Shown: piece by piece, positions 48,061-57,344 of the stretch
How positions within the stretch are numbered: position 1 is the stretch's first letter
Layout of the letters: every line of letters begins with the position of its first letter
Source: Lachnospiraceae bacterium
GTDB lineage: Bacteria > Bacillota > Clostridia > Lachnospirales > Lachnospiraceae
Assembly: GCA_024403615.1 (NCBI GenBank)
Contig: JAKSRM010000008.1
Span: 273 to 64,272 of the forward strand
Direction: 5' to 3'
Length of the DNA: 64,000 bases
The notes under the pieces: model-generated
What the model was told of the DNA's origin: nothing
Seen by the model: the letters and a program-made list of their open reading frames with translations, nothing else
Database searches by the model: none
Position numbers and translations under genes: made by a program

Positions 48061-49634
48061 TATTTCTGTAAAGCTTCTACTTTTTCCAGTACCTCGTTCA
48101 TTTTCAGACGAGCGAAGAGGATTTCCGGAGCATCGGTTACTTTGTTGCCTGATGGGTAGAGACCGAATTTATCCATATCTTCAAATTCTCTCTTCTCCGC
48201 GCCAATCTGAGCCAGAATCTTAGCACAGGTGCCAGGAATGAAAGGCTCTGCAAGGCTTGCGCCAATGTTGATAGCTTCAATCAGGTTGTAAAGAACGGTT
48301 GCCAAACGGTCGCTCTTAGCTTCGTCCTTTGCTAATACCCAAGGTTCTGTCTCGTCGATGTATTTGTTGCATCTCTTGAAGAGATCCCAGATTTCCGTCA
48401 TCGCATCTGCTACGTGGAGATCGGTCATCTTCTTAACGGCTTTGTCACGGGTTCCGGTAATTACAGCCTTGAAGTCTGCATCAACATCGCCTTCCACGCC
48501 TTTGTTCTCAACAACGCCGCCGAAGTATTTATTGGACATAGAAACGGTACGGTTTACCAGGTTTCCTAACGTGTTTGCTAAATCAGAATTAATTCTTTCT
48601 ACTAAGAGTTCCCAGGTAATGGTTCCATCATTTTCGAAAGGCATCTCATGAAGTACAAAGTAACGGATTGCATCTACGCCGAACATATTTACCAGATCGT
48701 CTGCGTACATAACGTTACCTTTGGACTTACTCATTTTGCCTTCGCCTAACAGCAGCCATGGATGTCCGAAAACCTGTTTTGGAAGCGGAACGTCCAGCGC
48801 CATCAGCATAATTGGCCAATAAATGGTATGGAATCTTAAAATATCTTTACCAATCAGGTGAAGGTCTGCTGGCCAATATTTCTTATATAAATCGCCATGG
48901 TTTCCGTCTAAATCGAATCCTAAGCCTGTGATGTAGTTGGAAAGAGCATCAATCCATACATAAACGACATGGTCTGGGTCGAAGTCTACTGGAATGCCCC
49001 ATTTGAAAGAGGTACGGGAAACGCAAAGATCCTGAAGACCTGGTTTCAGGAAGTTGTTCATCATCTCGTTCTTACGGGATTCCGGCTGAATGAATTCTGG
49101 ATGAGTTTCAATATGCTCAATCAGACGGTCTGCATATTTGCTCATTTTAAAGAAATAAGCTTCTTCTTTTGCAGGCTGTACTTCACGGCCACAGTCTGGG
49201 CATTTGCCATCAACTAACTGGCTCTCGGTATAGAAGGACTCGCAAGGTTTGCAGTAAAGTCCGTCATAATGACCTTTATAAATATCGCCCTGTTCATAGA
49301 GCTTTTTAAACATTTTCTGAACCTGGAGTTCGTGATCCGGGTCCGTGGTACGAATAAAACGGTCGTAGGAAGTGTCCATCAGGTCCCAGATACGTTTAAC
49401 TTCTGCTGCCATAGCGTCAACATAAGCCTTTGGAGTGATTCCTGCTGCATTTGCTTTGTCTTCGATTTTCTGACCATGCTCATCGGTTCCTGTCTGGAAA
49501 CGTACGTCATAGCCTTCCATAGAACGGAAACGAGCGATAGCATCAGCTAATACTACTTCATAAGTATTTCCGATGTGTGGTTTGCCTGAAGTGTAAGCAA
49601 TTGCGGTTGTAATGTAGTACGGTGTTTTTGCCAT
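48060..49634 (-). CDS. metG: Methionine--tRNA ligase
   Basis: HIGH-type 'GKPHIGN', KMSKS 'KMSKSKGN' and a CxxC knuckle 'CKPCE..CPDCG'. Start chosen at MAKTPYY (ATG 49634, SD GAAGGA). The stop overlaps the tatD-like ATG by 1 nt. Confidence 0.92.
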   Translation of the reverse strand: MAKTPYYITTAIAYTSGKPHIGNTYEVVLADAIARFRSMEGYDVRFQTGTDEHGQKIEDKANAAGITPKAYVDAMAAEVKRIWDLMDTSYDRFIRTTDPDHELQVQKMFKKLYEQGDIYKGHYDGLYCKPCESFYTESQLVDGKCPDCGREVQPAKEEAYFFKMSKYADRLIEHIETHPEFIQPESRKNEMMNNFLKPGLQDLCVSRTSFKWGIPVDFDPDHVVYVWIDALSNYITGLGFDLDGNHGDLYKKYWPADLHLIGKDILRFHTIYWPIMLMALDVPLPKQVFGHPWLLLGEGKMSKSKGNVMYADDLVNMFGVDAIRYFVLHEMPFENDGTITWELLVERINSDLANTLGNLVNRTVSMSNKYFGGVVENKGVEGDVDADFKAVITGTRDKAVKKMTDLHVADAMTEIWDLFKRCNKYIDETEPWVLAKDEAKSDRLATVLYNLIEAINIGASLAEPFIPGTCAKILAQIGAEKREFEDMDKFGLYPSGNKVTDAPEILFARLKMNEVLEKVEALQK

Positions 49635-49826
49635 AATATCCTTCTTTCTATGCCGACAGATGGGCCGGCATCTTTTATTTTTGCTATGGTCTTCTGCCAT
49701 TTGCAAATTCGTTTTATTAACTTGAGTATTTTAACATACTTTTTCTCTGTGTTGTACCTAAAATATTGAATTTTTACCTTATTCATTATAAAATTAGGAT
49801 TCAGTGAGTTAGGGGATTTACCGGCG

Positions 49827-50666
49827 TTGCCGGTTTTCATTTTTATACATCGGATGAAGAGGAAAAATCGCATTAATCCGAAGATTGTTTTGTGTCTTAT
49901 TGCCACAGCGTTTATCGCTTGCGTGGCCATCATTTTGATTATCCAAAATAACAAGAATCATATCTCTTTATCTTCTGTCAGTAAGGATGGCGTAGAAGCC
50001 ATTCAGTTGATGGAAGCTAACCCAATTGCGCCAATTGAAGAAGAAATTTTCCAGTTGCAGCGTCAGGAAATCATCCGAAAATTAATGGAAGACCCGGACC
50101 GGGTTTTTCAGACCTTGGCCGATACCAATACGGTCATTATCGGAGACTCCCGGGTGGTAGGATTTTCTGCCTATAACTGTATGGACGAATCCCGTATTCT
50201 GGCAGGAACTTCCTGGAGCATTATGGAGCTTCCGGCGGTATTTGACACCGTAACAGCCATCAACCCAAGATTTATTGTGGTGGCTTTTGGCGTAAATGAA
50301 ATCGGTCAGCAATTAGGAACACCGGTTTATTTCAACACCGACGAATCCTATGTGGAGGCCTTAGATTACTACTTAGGCCTGCTGCAGGAATGCGCACCGA
50401 ATGCCAGAATTTACTATTCTTCCATTCTGCCAGCTAGCGAAGAAGGTCTGGCAAGTATGGACGGCTTTACGATTATTCCAGAGCGGAACAAAGCCATTAA
50501 AGCCTTCTGCGAGGAAAAAGGCTACGGCTTTATTGATACGGAAGAAATTGCTTACGAACATCAGGAAATGTACCGGGAAGATGGAATCCACTTTACAGCA
50601 GATTTCTATCCTTTATGGGGCGAAGCTATTCTGAACGAGATTATCCGTACGGGAGGTATTGTATGA
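49827..50666 (+). CDS. SGNH/GDSL hydrolase family protein, membrane-anchored (copy 1)
   Basis: TM anchor, block I 'IIGDSRVVGF', and 'GVNE' and 'DGIHF' blocks. Alternative start ATG 49854 (MKRKNR). Confidence 0.7.
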   Translation: MPVFIFIHRMKRKNRINPKIVLCLIATAFIACVAIILIIQNNKNHISLSSVSKDGVEAIQLMEANPIAPIEEEIFQLQRQEIIRKLMEDPDRVFQTLADTNTVIIGDSRVVGFSAYNCMDESRILAGTSWSIMELPAVFDTVTAINPRFIVVAFGVNEIGQQLGTPVYFNTDESYVEALDYYLGLLQECAPNARIYYSSILPASEEGLASMDGFTIIPERNKAIKAFCEEKGYGFIDTEEIAYEHQEMYREDGIHFTADFYPLWGEAILNEIIRTGGIV

Positions 50667-51457
50667 CAAAGTCATCCAAGGACAAACGTATATGGATTAT
50701 CGGTGCCGCTATCGCTTTGGTACTTTGTGTTGTTGCCGTATTTTTTATTCTCCTGCCGAAATCGGCAGAGATTTCCAGCATCGACCTGTCTGGTGCCAAT
50801 TTCATCCAGACCATGGAAGCCGCTCCAATAGAGCCTATTGAAGATGCTATATTCGTAAAACGGAAACAAGCCCTTTTGAATAAGTTCCGGGATCATCCGG
50901 ACCAGATCTGGGCTGCTTTTAATGATATGAATATTGTAATTTCCGGAGACTCCCGAGGCGTTGGTTTTTCTGCTTATGAGTACGTGGATTACAACCATAA
51001 CATTTCTCAGGTCAGCAAAACCATTTACAATATTCCGGAAAATTATGAACTGTTAAAGGCCCTGAATCCCAAAATCATTATTTACACCTATGGCATTAAC
51101 GACCTGGGCTTGTACGGTCATTACGGAGTCGCTCAGTATATCACCGACCTCCAAGGCTTTGTAGACACCACCCGGGAACTGATTCCTGGAGTTGATGTAT
51201 ATATTAATTCCATTCCGCCATGTCTCCCATCGGAATATGAACGTTCTCCAGTATGGGCAGAAATTCCGGCATGGAATGTGGTAATCAAGAAGTATTGTGA
51301 AGAGCACGGAATCCATTATATTGATATTCAGGACTTGTGTGACTCCCACCCAGAAATGTATAATGACGACGGTGTGCATTTCCACGATGAATTCTATCCT
51401 CTTTGGGGCTCGGAAATCATCACACAGATAGTAAACGATCAAATTGATGAAGGCTAA
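50663..51457 (+). CDS. SGNH/GDSL hydrolase family protein, membrane-anchored (copy 2)
   Basis: Paralogue of the preceding gene ('VISGDSRGVGF', 'GINDL', 'DGVHF'). Its ATG overlaps the upstream stop (ATGA). Confidence 0.7.
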   Translation: MTKSSKDKRIWIIGAAIALVLCVVAVFFILLPKSAEISSIDLSGANFIQTMEAAPIEPIEDAIFVKRKQALLNKFRDHPDQIWAAFNDMNIVISGDSRGVGFSAYEYVDYNHNISQVSKTIYNIPENYELLKALNPKIIIYTYGINDLGLYGHYGVAQYITDLQGFVDTTRELIPGVDVYINSIPPCLPSEYERSPVWAEIPAWNVVIKKYCEEHGIHYIDIQDLCDSHPEMYNDDGVHFHDEFYPLWGSEIITQIVNDQIDEG

Positions 51458-51941
51458 AAACTTATTATTCGTAATCATAAGAATCCTTCTGGTGGCAGCT
51501 TTAGTTGGCGCCATTGTTTACTTTATCTTTCTTCAGAAACCGGAGAGCAATGTACCGTTTTCTACAGTAAAAGCAAAAGTGGAAGCTACCATAAAATCGG
51601 AAGGAATGTCCGAAAGCACGTCCCGATTCTTCAAGAAATATTACAACCAGAATGCAGAAGAATATGACGGAGTGCTGCTGTATGCACCAAACTCCAACAT
51701 GGACGCAGACGAAGTACTTCTTGTAAAAACGAAATCTACGGAACAGGCAGAAAGCCTGATGGAAATAATCGAAACCAGACAACAGACCAAAGAGAATACT
51801 TTTGAAGGCTATGCCCCGGAACAGTATGCTCTTTGCCAGAATTATATTCTCGACCAGCAAGGCAGCTACATTTTATTCGTAGTCAGTGCCAATGCGGATG
51901 AGACAGACGCTGCTTTTAAAGCAGCCGTTGCGGGGAACTAA
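51444..51941 (+). CDS. DUF4358 domain-containing protein
   Basis: TM anchor plus 'EVLLVKTKSTEQAESLMEIIETRQQ', a typical DUF4358 segment. This is its usual context next to MBOAT/DHHW genes. Confidence 0.6.
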   Translation: MMKAKNLLFVIIRILLVAALVGAIVYFIFLQKPESNVPFSTVKAKVEATIKSEGMSESTSRFFKKYYNQNAEEYDGVLLYAPNSNMDADEVLLVKTKSTEQAESLMEIIETRQQTKENTFEGYAPEQYALCQNYILDQQGSYILFVVSANADETDAAFKAAVAGN

Positions 51942-51943
51942 GG

Positions 51944-53353
51944 ATGATATTCAGCAGTTTATTTTTCATCTGCGTATTTCTTCCGGTTACGTTAATTCTC
52001 TATTACGTCGTACCGAAGAAATTCAAAAATTTAATATTGCTGATCATGAGCCTCATCTTTTATGCATGGGGCGAGCCGGTTTATATTCTGCTGATGATGT
52101 TCAGCATTGTTTTCAACTACCTTTCCGCCCGCAGCATCGCCTACTACATAGACGAAAACAAAAAGGCTCTGAAAATCATTGCTTTCATTTTTAACATTAT
52201 TATCAACTTAGGGCTCCTTTGCTTCTTTAAGTACTACGGCTTTGCAGTGGAAAATATCAACGGTTTATTCCACACGGCGCTTCAGATAAGAAGCATTGCT
52301 TTGCCGGTAGGTATTTCCTTCTACACCTTCCAGACCTTATCTTACGTCATCGATGTTTATAAAGGAAATGTTCCGGTACAGAAAAACATCATCAACTTCG
52401 GTGCTTACATTTCTATGTTCCCGCAGTTGATTGCTGGACCGATTGTCCGTTACGCAGATATTGAAACCCAGCTGAACAACCGGGAGCTTTCTTTAGATAT
52501 GATTTCCGAAGGCGCTGCTTGGTTTATTATTGGTATGGCCAAGAAGGTTCTCTTAGCCAACAATGTGGGCATGCTCTTCGATACCATATTTGCCACCTCT
52601 CCGGACCGTGCAGTTCTTTCCACATGGATTGGTATTATCGCCTACACCTTCCAGATTTACTTTGACTTTTCCGGTTATTCCGACATGGCCATCGGTCTGG
52701 GCAAGATGTTAGGCTTCGAATTCGTCCAGAACTTCGACTATCCGTACATTTCCAGAAGTGCCACAGAATTCTGGCGCAGATGGCATATTTCTTTAGGAAC
52801 CTGGTTCCGGGAATATGTTTATATTCCATTAGGCGGAAACCGTGTGGGGCCGTTAAAACACATCCGGAACATCATGATCGTATGGCTGCTGACCGGCTTC
52901 TGGCATGGTGCTGCATGGTGCTTTATTTTATGGGGTCTGTACTACGGAATCTTACTGCTGTTGGAAAAATATATCTGGGGCAAAGGCTTAGCCAAACTCC
53001 CGAAATTTATCCAGCATATTTACACAATTATCATATTTATTATCGGCTGGCTGATTTTCACCTCCACCGATTTATCCAGCCTGGGCGGAAACTTCTTGTC
53101 CATGTTTGGTTTGACAGGCAACTCTTTTATCGATGCCTCCACGTTATTCTACCTGAGAAACAACATTATTCTGCTGGTAATCTGCGGAATCTGCTCTACT
53201 CCGGTAGTTACAAAATTGTTTACAAAAATTGCTTCCAGAAAAGGAATCGGCTTCCAGATTATCGGCGTGGTTGTATACGCAGCGATTTTCATTTTATCCA
53301 TCGCTTACCTGGTAAATGCAACCTACAACCCATTCCTGTACTTCCGGTTCTAA
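51944..53353 (+). CDS. MBOAT family O-acyltransferase (AlgI/DltB-like)
   Basis: 469-aa polytopic protein. 'FWRRWHISL' contains the conserved MBOAT His, and 'GISFYTFQ' is also present. Confidence 0.88.
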   Translation: MIFSSLFFICVFLPVTLILYYVVPKKFKNLILLIMSLIFYAWGEPVYILLMMFSIVFNYLSARSIAYYIDENKKALKIIAFIFNIIINLGLLCFFKYYGFAVENINGLFHTALQIRSIALPVGISFYTFQTLSYVIDVYKGNVPVQKNIINFGAYISMFPQLIAGPIVRYADIETQLNNRELSLDMISEGAAWFIIGMAKKVLLANNVGMLFDTIFATSPDRAVLSTWIGIIAYTFQIYFDFSGYSDMAIGLGKMLGFEFVQNFDYPYISRSATEFWRRWHISLGTWFREYVYIPLGGNRVGPLKHIRNIMIVWLLTGFWHGAAWCFILWGLYYGILLLLEKYIWGKGLAKLPKFIQHIYTIIIFIIGWLIFTSTDLSSLGGNFLSMFGLTGNSFIDASTLFYLRNNIILLVICGICSTPVVTKLFTKIASRKGIGFQIIGVVVYAAIFILSIAYLVNATYNPFLYFRF

Positions 53354-53362
53354 GGACGGTTT

Positions 53363-54520
53363 ATGAAAGAACGAATTGCTTCACAAAAAAGAATATTCAA
53401 ATATGTTCTGCTGATTTTTGCAATCGTGATCATTATCGCGGATGCATGTCTTCTTATCATGCATAATAAGTCCTTCAGCGAATCCGAAAACCGTATGCTG
53501 GCTCAAGCTCCGAAACTGACGGTAGATAATTTAATGAGCGGTAAATTCATGACCCAGTCCGACAGCTTCGTAGCAGACCAGTTCCCGCTTCGTGACGATT
53601 GGATTCAGTTAAAGTTAAAGGCAGACCGTCTGTTAGGCCGCCAAACGTCCAACGGTGTGTACTTAGGAAAGGATGGCTATTTGATTGAAGACGCTGCTGC
53701 TCCTTTGGAACCTTCTTACAGCAAAAATTTAGCTGCCATCAGTCTGTTCGCCAACACTTATCCGGAACTGAATATGGTAATGACCGTGGTTCCGAATGCG
53801 GTCAGCATCTGCGACCAGTTGATGCCGGAGAATGCGCCGATTCGTGACCAGATGGAAGACTTAGCTTATATTCAGAAAATTGCGAATATTTCCCTGGATT
53901 TTGTGGATTTGACAGATACGCTGAAGGCCCATAAAGAAGAATATATTTATTACAAGAGCGATCACCATTGGACTAGCTTAGGCGCAAAATATGCCTTTGA
54001 AGAAATGGCACCGGCTCTGGGCATCGACCCGTCGGAGCTCATTACCGATTACGATATTATTACCGTAGCCGATGACTTTACGGGAACCATGGCCTCCAAC
54101 AGTGGCGACTTCTCCGTAAAAGATTCCATCGACATTTATATGGCGAAAGCGGAAGACTTCCAGTATGTGGTCGAATATGTAGACCAACAAAAGAAGAGTG
54201 CAACCATCTACAATAGTTCCGCTCTGGAGCAAAAGAATAAATATGAAGTATTTTTAGGTGGAAACCATCCACAGATTAATATCAAAACTACCAACCTGAA
54301 TGATCGGAACCTGATGATTTTTAAAGATTCTTATGCCAACACCTTCCTTCAGTTCCTGCTTCCATATTATCAGTCTATTACCATTATCGACCCACGGTAT
54401 TACAGTGATGACTGTAGCAAGCTGATCAGCGAAGGCGAGATTACCGACGTTCTCTTCCTGTACAACATGAACACCTATGCGGAAGATAATTCTCTGGCCG
54501 CTGTTCTTTTAGATGAATAA
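53363..54520 (+). CDS. DHHW family protein (AlgX/AlgJ-like SGNH)
   Basis: TM anchor plus the eponymous 'SDHHWTSLGA' motif. Confidence 0.8.
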   Translation: MKERIASQKRIFKYVLLIFAIVIIIADACLLIMHNKSFSESENRMLAQAPKLTVDNLMSGKFMTQSDSFVADQFPLRDDWIQLKLKADRLLGRQTSNGVYLGKDGYLIEDAAAPLEPSYSKNLAAISLFANTYPELNMVMTVVPNAVSICDQLMPENAPIRDQMEDLAYIQKIANISLDFVDLTDTLKAHKEEYIYYKSDHHWTSLGAKYAFEEMAPALGIDPSELITDYDIITVADDFTGTMASNSGDFSVKDSIDIYMAKAEDFQYVVEYVDQQKKSATIYNSSALEQKNKYEVFLGGNHPQINIKTTNLNDRNLMIFKDSYANTFLQFLLPYYQSITIIDPRYYSDDCSKLISEGEITDVLFLYNMNTYAEDNSLAAVLLDE

Positions 54521-54571
54521 AATTGTGGGGTTCCTTTTTCGAATCCGCAGCAAGTAAGCAGAGGTGCTACA

Positions 54572-55069
54572 ATGAATTTTGAAGATGCCATTCAAATTTT
54601 ACAGCAAGAAGGCAGAACCTTCGCAGCCATTCTTCCAGAAGAGAAAACTTTCCCGGTTCCAGATACGGAAAACCCGGGTTCTTATATTACAGTCACTTCC
54701 AACATCTACACTTCCGATAAAAAAGGCATCGCTCCGGTTATGGACCGTATGAAAGAAGACTACCACTTCTTCCAAGGCGCCATCGTAGCCGACCGTGTCA
54801 TCGGAAAAGCTGCTGCCATGCTCTTAATCAGCTCCGGCGCAGCAAAAATCTACGGAGAACTGACCAGTGAGCATTCTTTCGCAGTGTTAGAAGCAGCGAA
54901 GGCCATCAACGCTGGCTTTGAATACTCTGTAGGCAAAGTGGTTCCTTATATTATTAACCGGACTGGTACCGATATGTGCCCAATGGAAAAAACGGTTCTG
55001 AATTTAGACCCGGAAAAAGTAGATTTCGCTTTCGAACCATTAAAGAAAAAGCTGGAAGAGATGACATAG
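54572..55069 (+). CDS. DUF1893 domain-containing protein
   Basis: 165 aa. 'VADRVIGKAAAMLLI' is characteristic of the family. Confidence 0.55.
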   Translation: MNFEDAIQILQQEGRTFAAILPEEKTFPVPDTENPGSYITVTSNIYTSDKKGIAPVMDRMKEDYHFFQGAIVADRVIGKAAAMLLISSGAAKIYGELTSEHSFAVLEAAKAINAGFEYSVGKVVPYIINRTGTDMCPMEKTVLNLDPEKVDFAFEPLKKKLEEMT

Positions 55070-56272
55070 CTATCTTTCCAGCAATTGGAATGTCAAATAT
55101 AAATGAAGTAATTCTTGCGGGTCCGTAAGCTCCGTCTGGCCGATTTCACAGATACGCTTTATTCGGTAAATAATTGTTGCGCGGTGGATGTAAAGATCTT
55201 TTGCAGTCTGCACCGCGTTTTGATTATTAAAAAGATAAACTTTCAAGGTTTTCAGATAATCTGTATTATATTCTTTATCATATTTCTCCAGCCGCAAATA
55301 AATCGGTGAACTCAGTTCATGTTGGTCAAACTCTTCTGTGGCCTTATCCAAAATATAAGATAACGCGAAGTTGCTGAAATAAAAAATTTCCGGAATGGGA
55401 GCTGCCTCTGAAATCTCTGGTAACTCCTCAGTGGAATCTTTCTGCTCCTCGGCAGAATCTTCTGGTTGCTGCGGTGCAGCATCCACCTTCTCTGCCTCCT
55501 TCGTAACGCCAAAGTCTAAAGCAATGCGGGCCTGGCGGTAAAATTTTCTTGTATCATAAACTGATGTGAATCCGTTGCTGACACCAATCCGGTAGTTATT
55601 TTCCTGAAGGAACTGCAGTAGTTTCTGGTAATTCTCTTCCTTAAACTTCCGGTAAAGATTCGTGACGATGACGATGGATTGCTGATACACAAAAGCGATG
55701 ATTTCCGGATATTCGTTAATCAGACTTCTACAAAAAGCTCCCAAAGAGGCCTTCTTTTGACCACTGGCTCTGGCCAGAAGAACTTTAAAGTCTCCCGTGT
55801 TGCTCCATCCTAAGACTTGCTTCAGTTCACTGTCCAAACTTCTGCGGTCTAAGGCACCGGTTTCGATGGACTTCTTTAATAAGCCAGCTAAAACCGCCGT
55901 TGGATTCAGTTCCCCCGATAAGAGTTTTTGTTCCTCTTCCAGATTGTCGTAGAAATCAAAAATCTTATTTACCGCATTTCCCAGTTTAAAAATATCAACA
56001 TCCTTATCTAAAACAAGAATGTCGTTAATCGCTCTGTCGGATGCTGTTTTTTCTGGAAAACCGATGCAGATAAGGGCGCAACCGTCCTCTGCAGATATTT
56101 TTGCAGGAAGGCTCAGGCCTTTACATATGTACAATGTATCGGCCTTCAGCACTTTTTCGTCGGTATAAAATACCGGCCTGGATAATCTTAATTCCTTCGA
56201 TGCTCCTTCCGGGAGCTTGGATAATACCGCGAAATCTAACTTCTCCGCGATAACCGGCAATGAAAGTTTCAT
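55070..56272 (-). CDS. PucR-family transcriptional regulator
   Basis: C-terminal PucR HTH 'TAKDLYIHRATIIYRIKRI'. An acidic insertion 'QQPEDSAEEQKDSTEE' is present. Its stop codon abuts the stop of the convergent gene. Confidence 0.7.
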   Translation of the reverse strand: MKLSLPVIAEKLDFAVLSKLPEGASKELRLSRPVFYTDEKVLKADTLYICKGLSLPAKISAEDGCALICIGFPEKTASDRAINDILVLDKDVDIFKLGNAVNKIFDFYDNLEEEQKLLSGELNPTAVLAGLLKKSIETGALDRRSLDSELKQVLGWSNTGDFKVLLARASGQKKASLGAFCRSLINEYPEIIAFVYQQSIVIVTNLYRKFKEENYQKLLQFLQENNYRIGVSNGFTSVYDTRKFYRQARIALDFGVTKEAEKVDAAPQQPEDSAEEQKDSTEELPEISEAAPIPEIFYFSNFALSYILDKATEEFDQHELSSPIYLRLEKYDKEYNTDYLKTLKVYLFNNQNAVQTAKDLYIHRATIIYRIKRICEIGQTELTDPQELLHLYLTFQLLER

Positions 56273-56287
56273 GGTTCTAGATAATAA

Positions 56288-57166
56288 TTAGTACTCGATT
56301 TCCTCGCCCATTGGGAGTTCCAGTAATTCCGGATTGGCAAGGAGTTTTTCTAACAGCCGGATGGACTTTGCGCAGTAGTAACCGTCTGCAAGACGTTCAT
56401 CTACCGTAAGTCCCAGGTCGACGGTTTCTTTTACGCCAACGGTTCCGTCTTCTTTTACATAAGAAGTCTTCTTGATTTCACCAACGATGCAAAACAGGGA
56501 GCATGTGCCCCAGTTGGTCAGATGATGATATCCGCTGTGGAGGTGTAAAGAACCTAAATTTGATAAAACACAAGATGTGTAGTAAGGGTCTGTTTCAATA
56601 AAGCCTTTCGGGCATTTTCCAATTCGGTCTAAGAAGCAGATGAACTCGCAGAAGGCTCTGGTCAGACGACGAGGCATCTTGCTGACGATGTCCATGCTTT
56701 CCGAAGATTTATCTACCACATCACTTCTGCTGACACTAATCTGCTGGAACAGTTTCTGGTGAATGGTCTGCATGGTATCTTCTGGTTTTGCTTCTACTAA
56801 AGCTAAAGCTTCTTCTCCTTCATCAGAGAACAGCTTCTTAACAACGAAAGAAGCTACAGTTTTGTTACGCTGGTACATCAGTTTATTGGCAACAAAGCGG
56901 TTCAACTTTGGACGAAGAGTTAAGGTCTTCAGAATAGCGGTTACGATAATATGGAATGTGGTATATGGAAAATCTTTTTCTTCTTTATTGAGTTTTTCGA
57001 GATAAGCACGGATTGGAGCCATGTCGATACGCTCTGCAATGTAAGCTTCATTATCACATCGATTTGGATAAAGGATTGGACAGATGACATGCATCGGATC
57101 AATCTTTTTAATTAATTTTCCGTCAAAACGGTCACCAAATTTACGACGTTCTTTTTCTTTGCTCAT
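56288..57166 (-). CDS. 2-oxoacid dehydrogenase acyltransferase (E2) catalytic-domain-like protein
   Basis: CAT/E2-fold-like protein of about 292 aa. The active-site segment reads 'VDERLADG' where E2 enzymes have DHRxxDG. Start chosen at MSKEKE (ATG 57166, SD AGGAGG). Confidence 0.6.
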   Translation of the reverse strand: MSKEKERRKFGDRFDGKLIKKIDPMHVICPILYPNRCDNEAYIAERIDMAPIRAYLEKLNKEEKDFPYTTFHIIVTAILKTLTLRPKLNRFVANKLMYQRNKTVASFVVKKLFSDEGEEALALVEAKPEDTMQTIHQKLFQQISVSRSDVVDKSSESMDIVSKMPRRLTRAFCEFICFLDRIGKCPKGFIETDPYYTSCVLSNLGSLHLHSGYHHLTNWGTCSLFCIVGEIKKTSYVKEDGTVGVKETVDLGLTVDERLADGYYCAKSIRLLEKLLANPELLELPMGEEIEY

Positions 57167-57344
57167 AATATCCTCCTGCGCTTGTCCGTAAAGTTTTTCT
57201 CCCCAGTACTTTCTCATAAAACAAGCCGCTAAATCCTACTCATTATAGTATTCAGCGGCTTCTTTCGCAAGTTCTTATAAATGTACGAAAACTTTCGGAA
57301 CTCGTCTCCAAATATTAATATTTATTCAAACAGACAGTTCGAAA

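Noticed and set aside
49635-49830. T-box leader or other riboswitch upstream of metG, and the ORF-track extension of metG to 49706 and ORF 49553-49954.
   Set aside because: I could not find the T-box consensus (AAUUAGGGUGGUACCGCG-like) or a terminator/antiterminator pair, only a short hairpin (atgccg..cggcat). The extension lacks an SD, whereas ATG 49634 has one and starts the canonical MetRS N-terminus. The 133-aa ORF is AT-rich intergenic read-through.
49820-49845. Terminator-like hairpin accggc-gtt-gccggt followed by tttcattttta on the plus strand, at the 5' end of the first SGNH gene.
   Set aside because: No plus-strand gene lies upstream for it to terminate, and it overlaps the possible TTG start region. 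It could be an attenuator, but a 6-bp stem with a 3-nt loop is weak evidence. Noted only as a caveat on the start-codon choice (49827 versus 49854).
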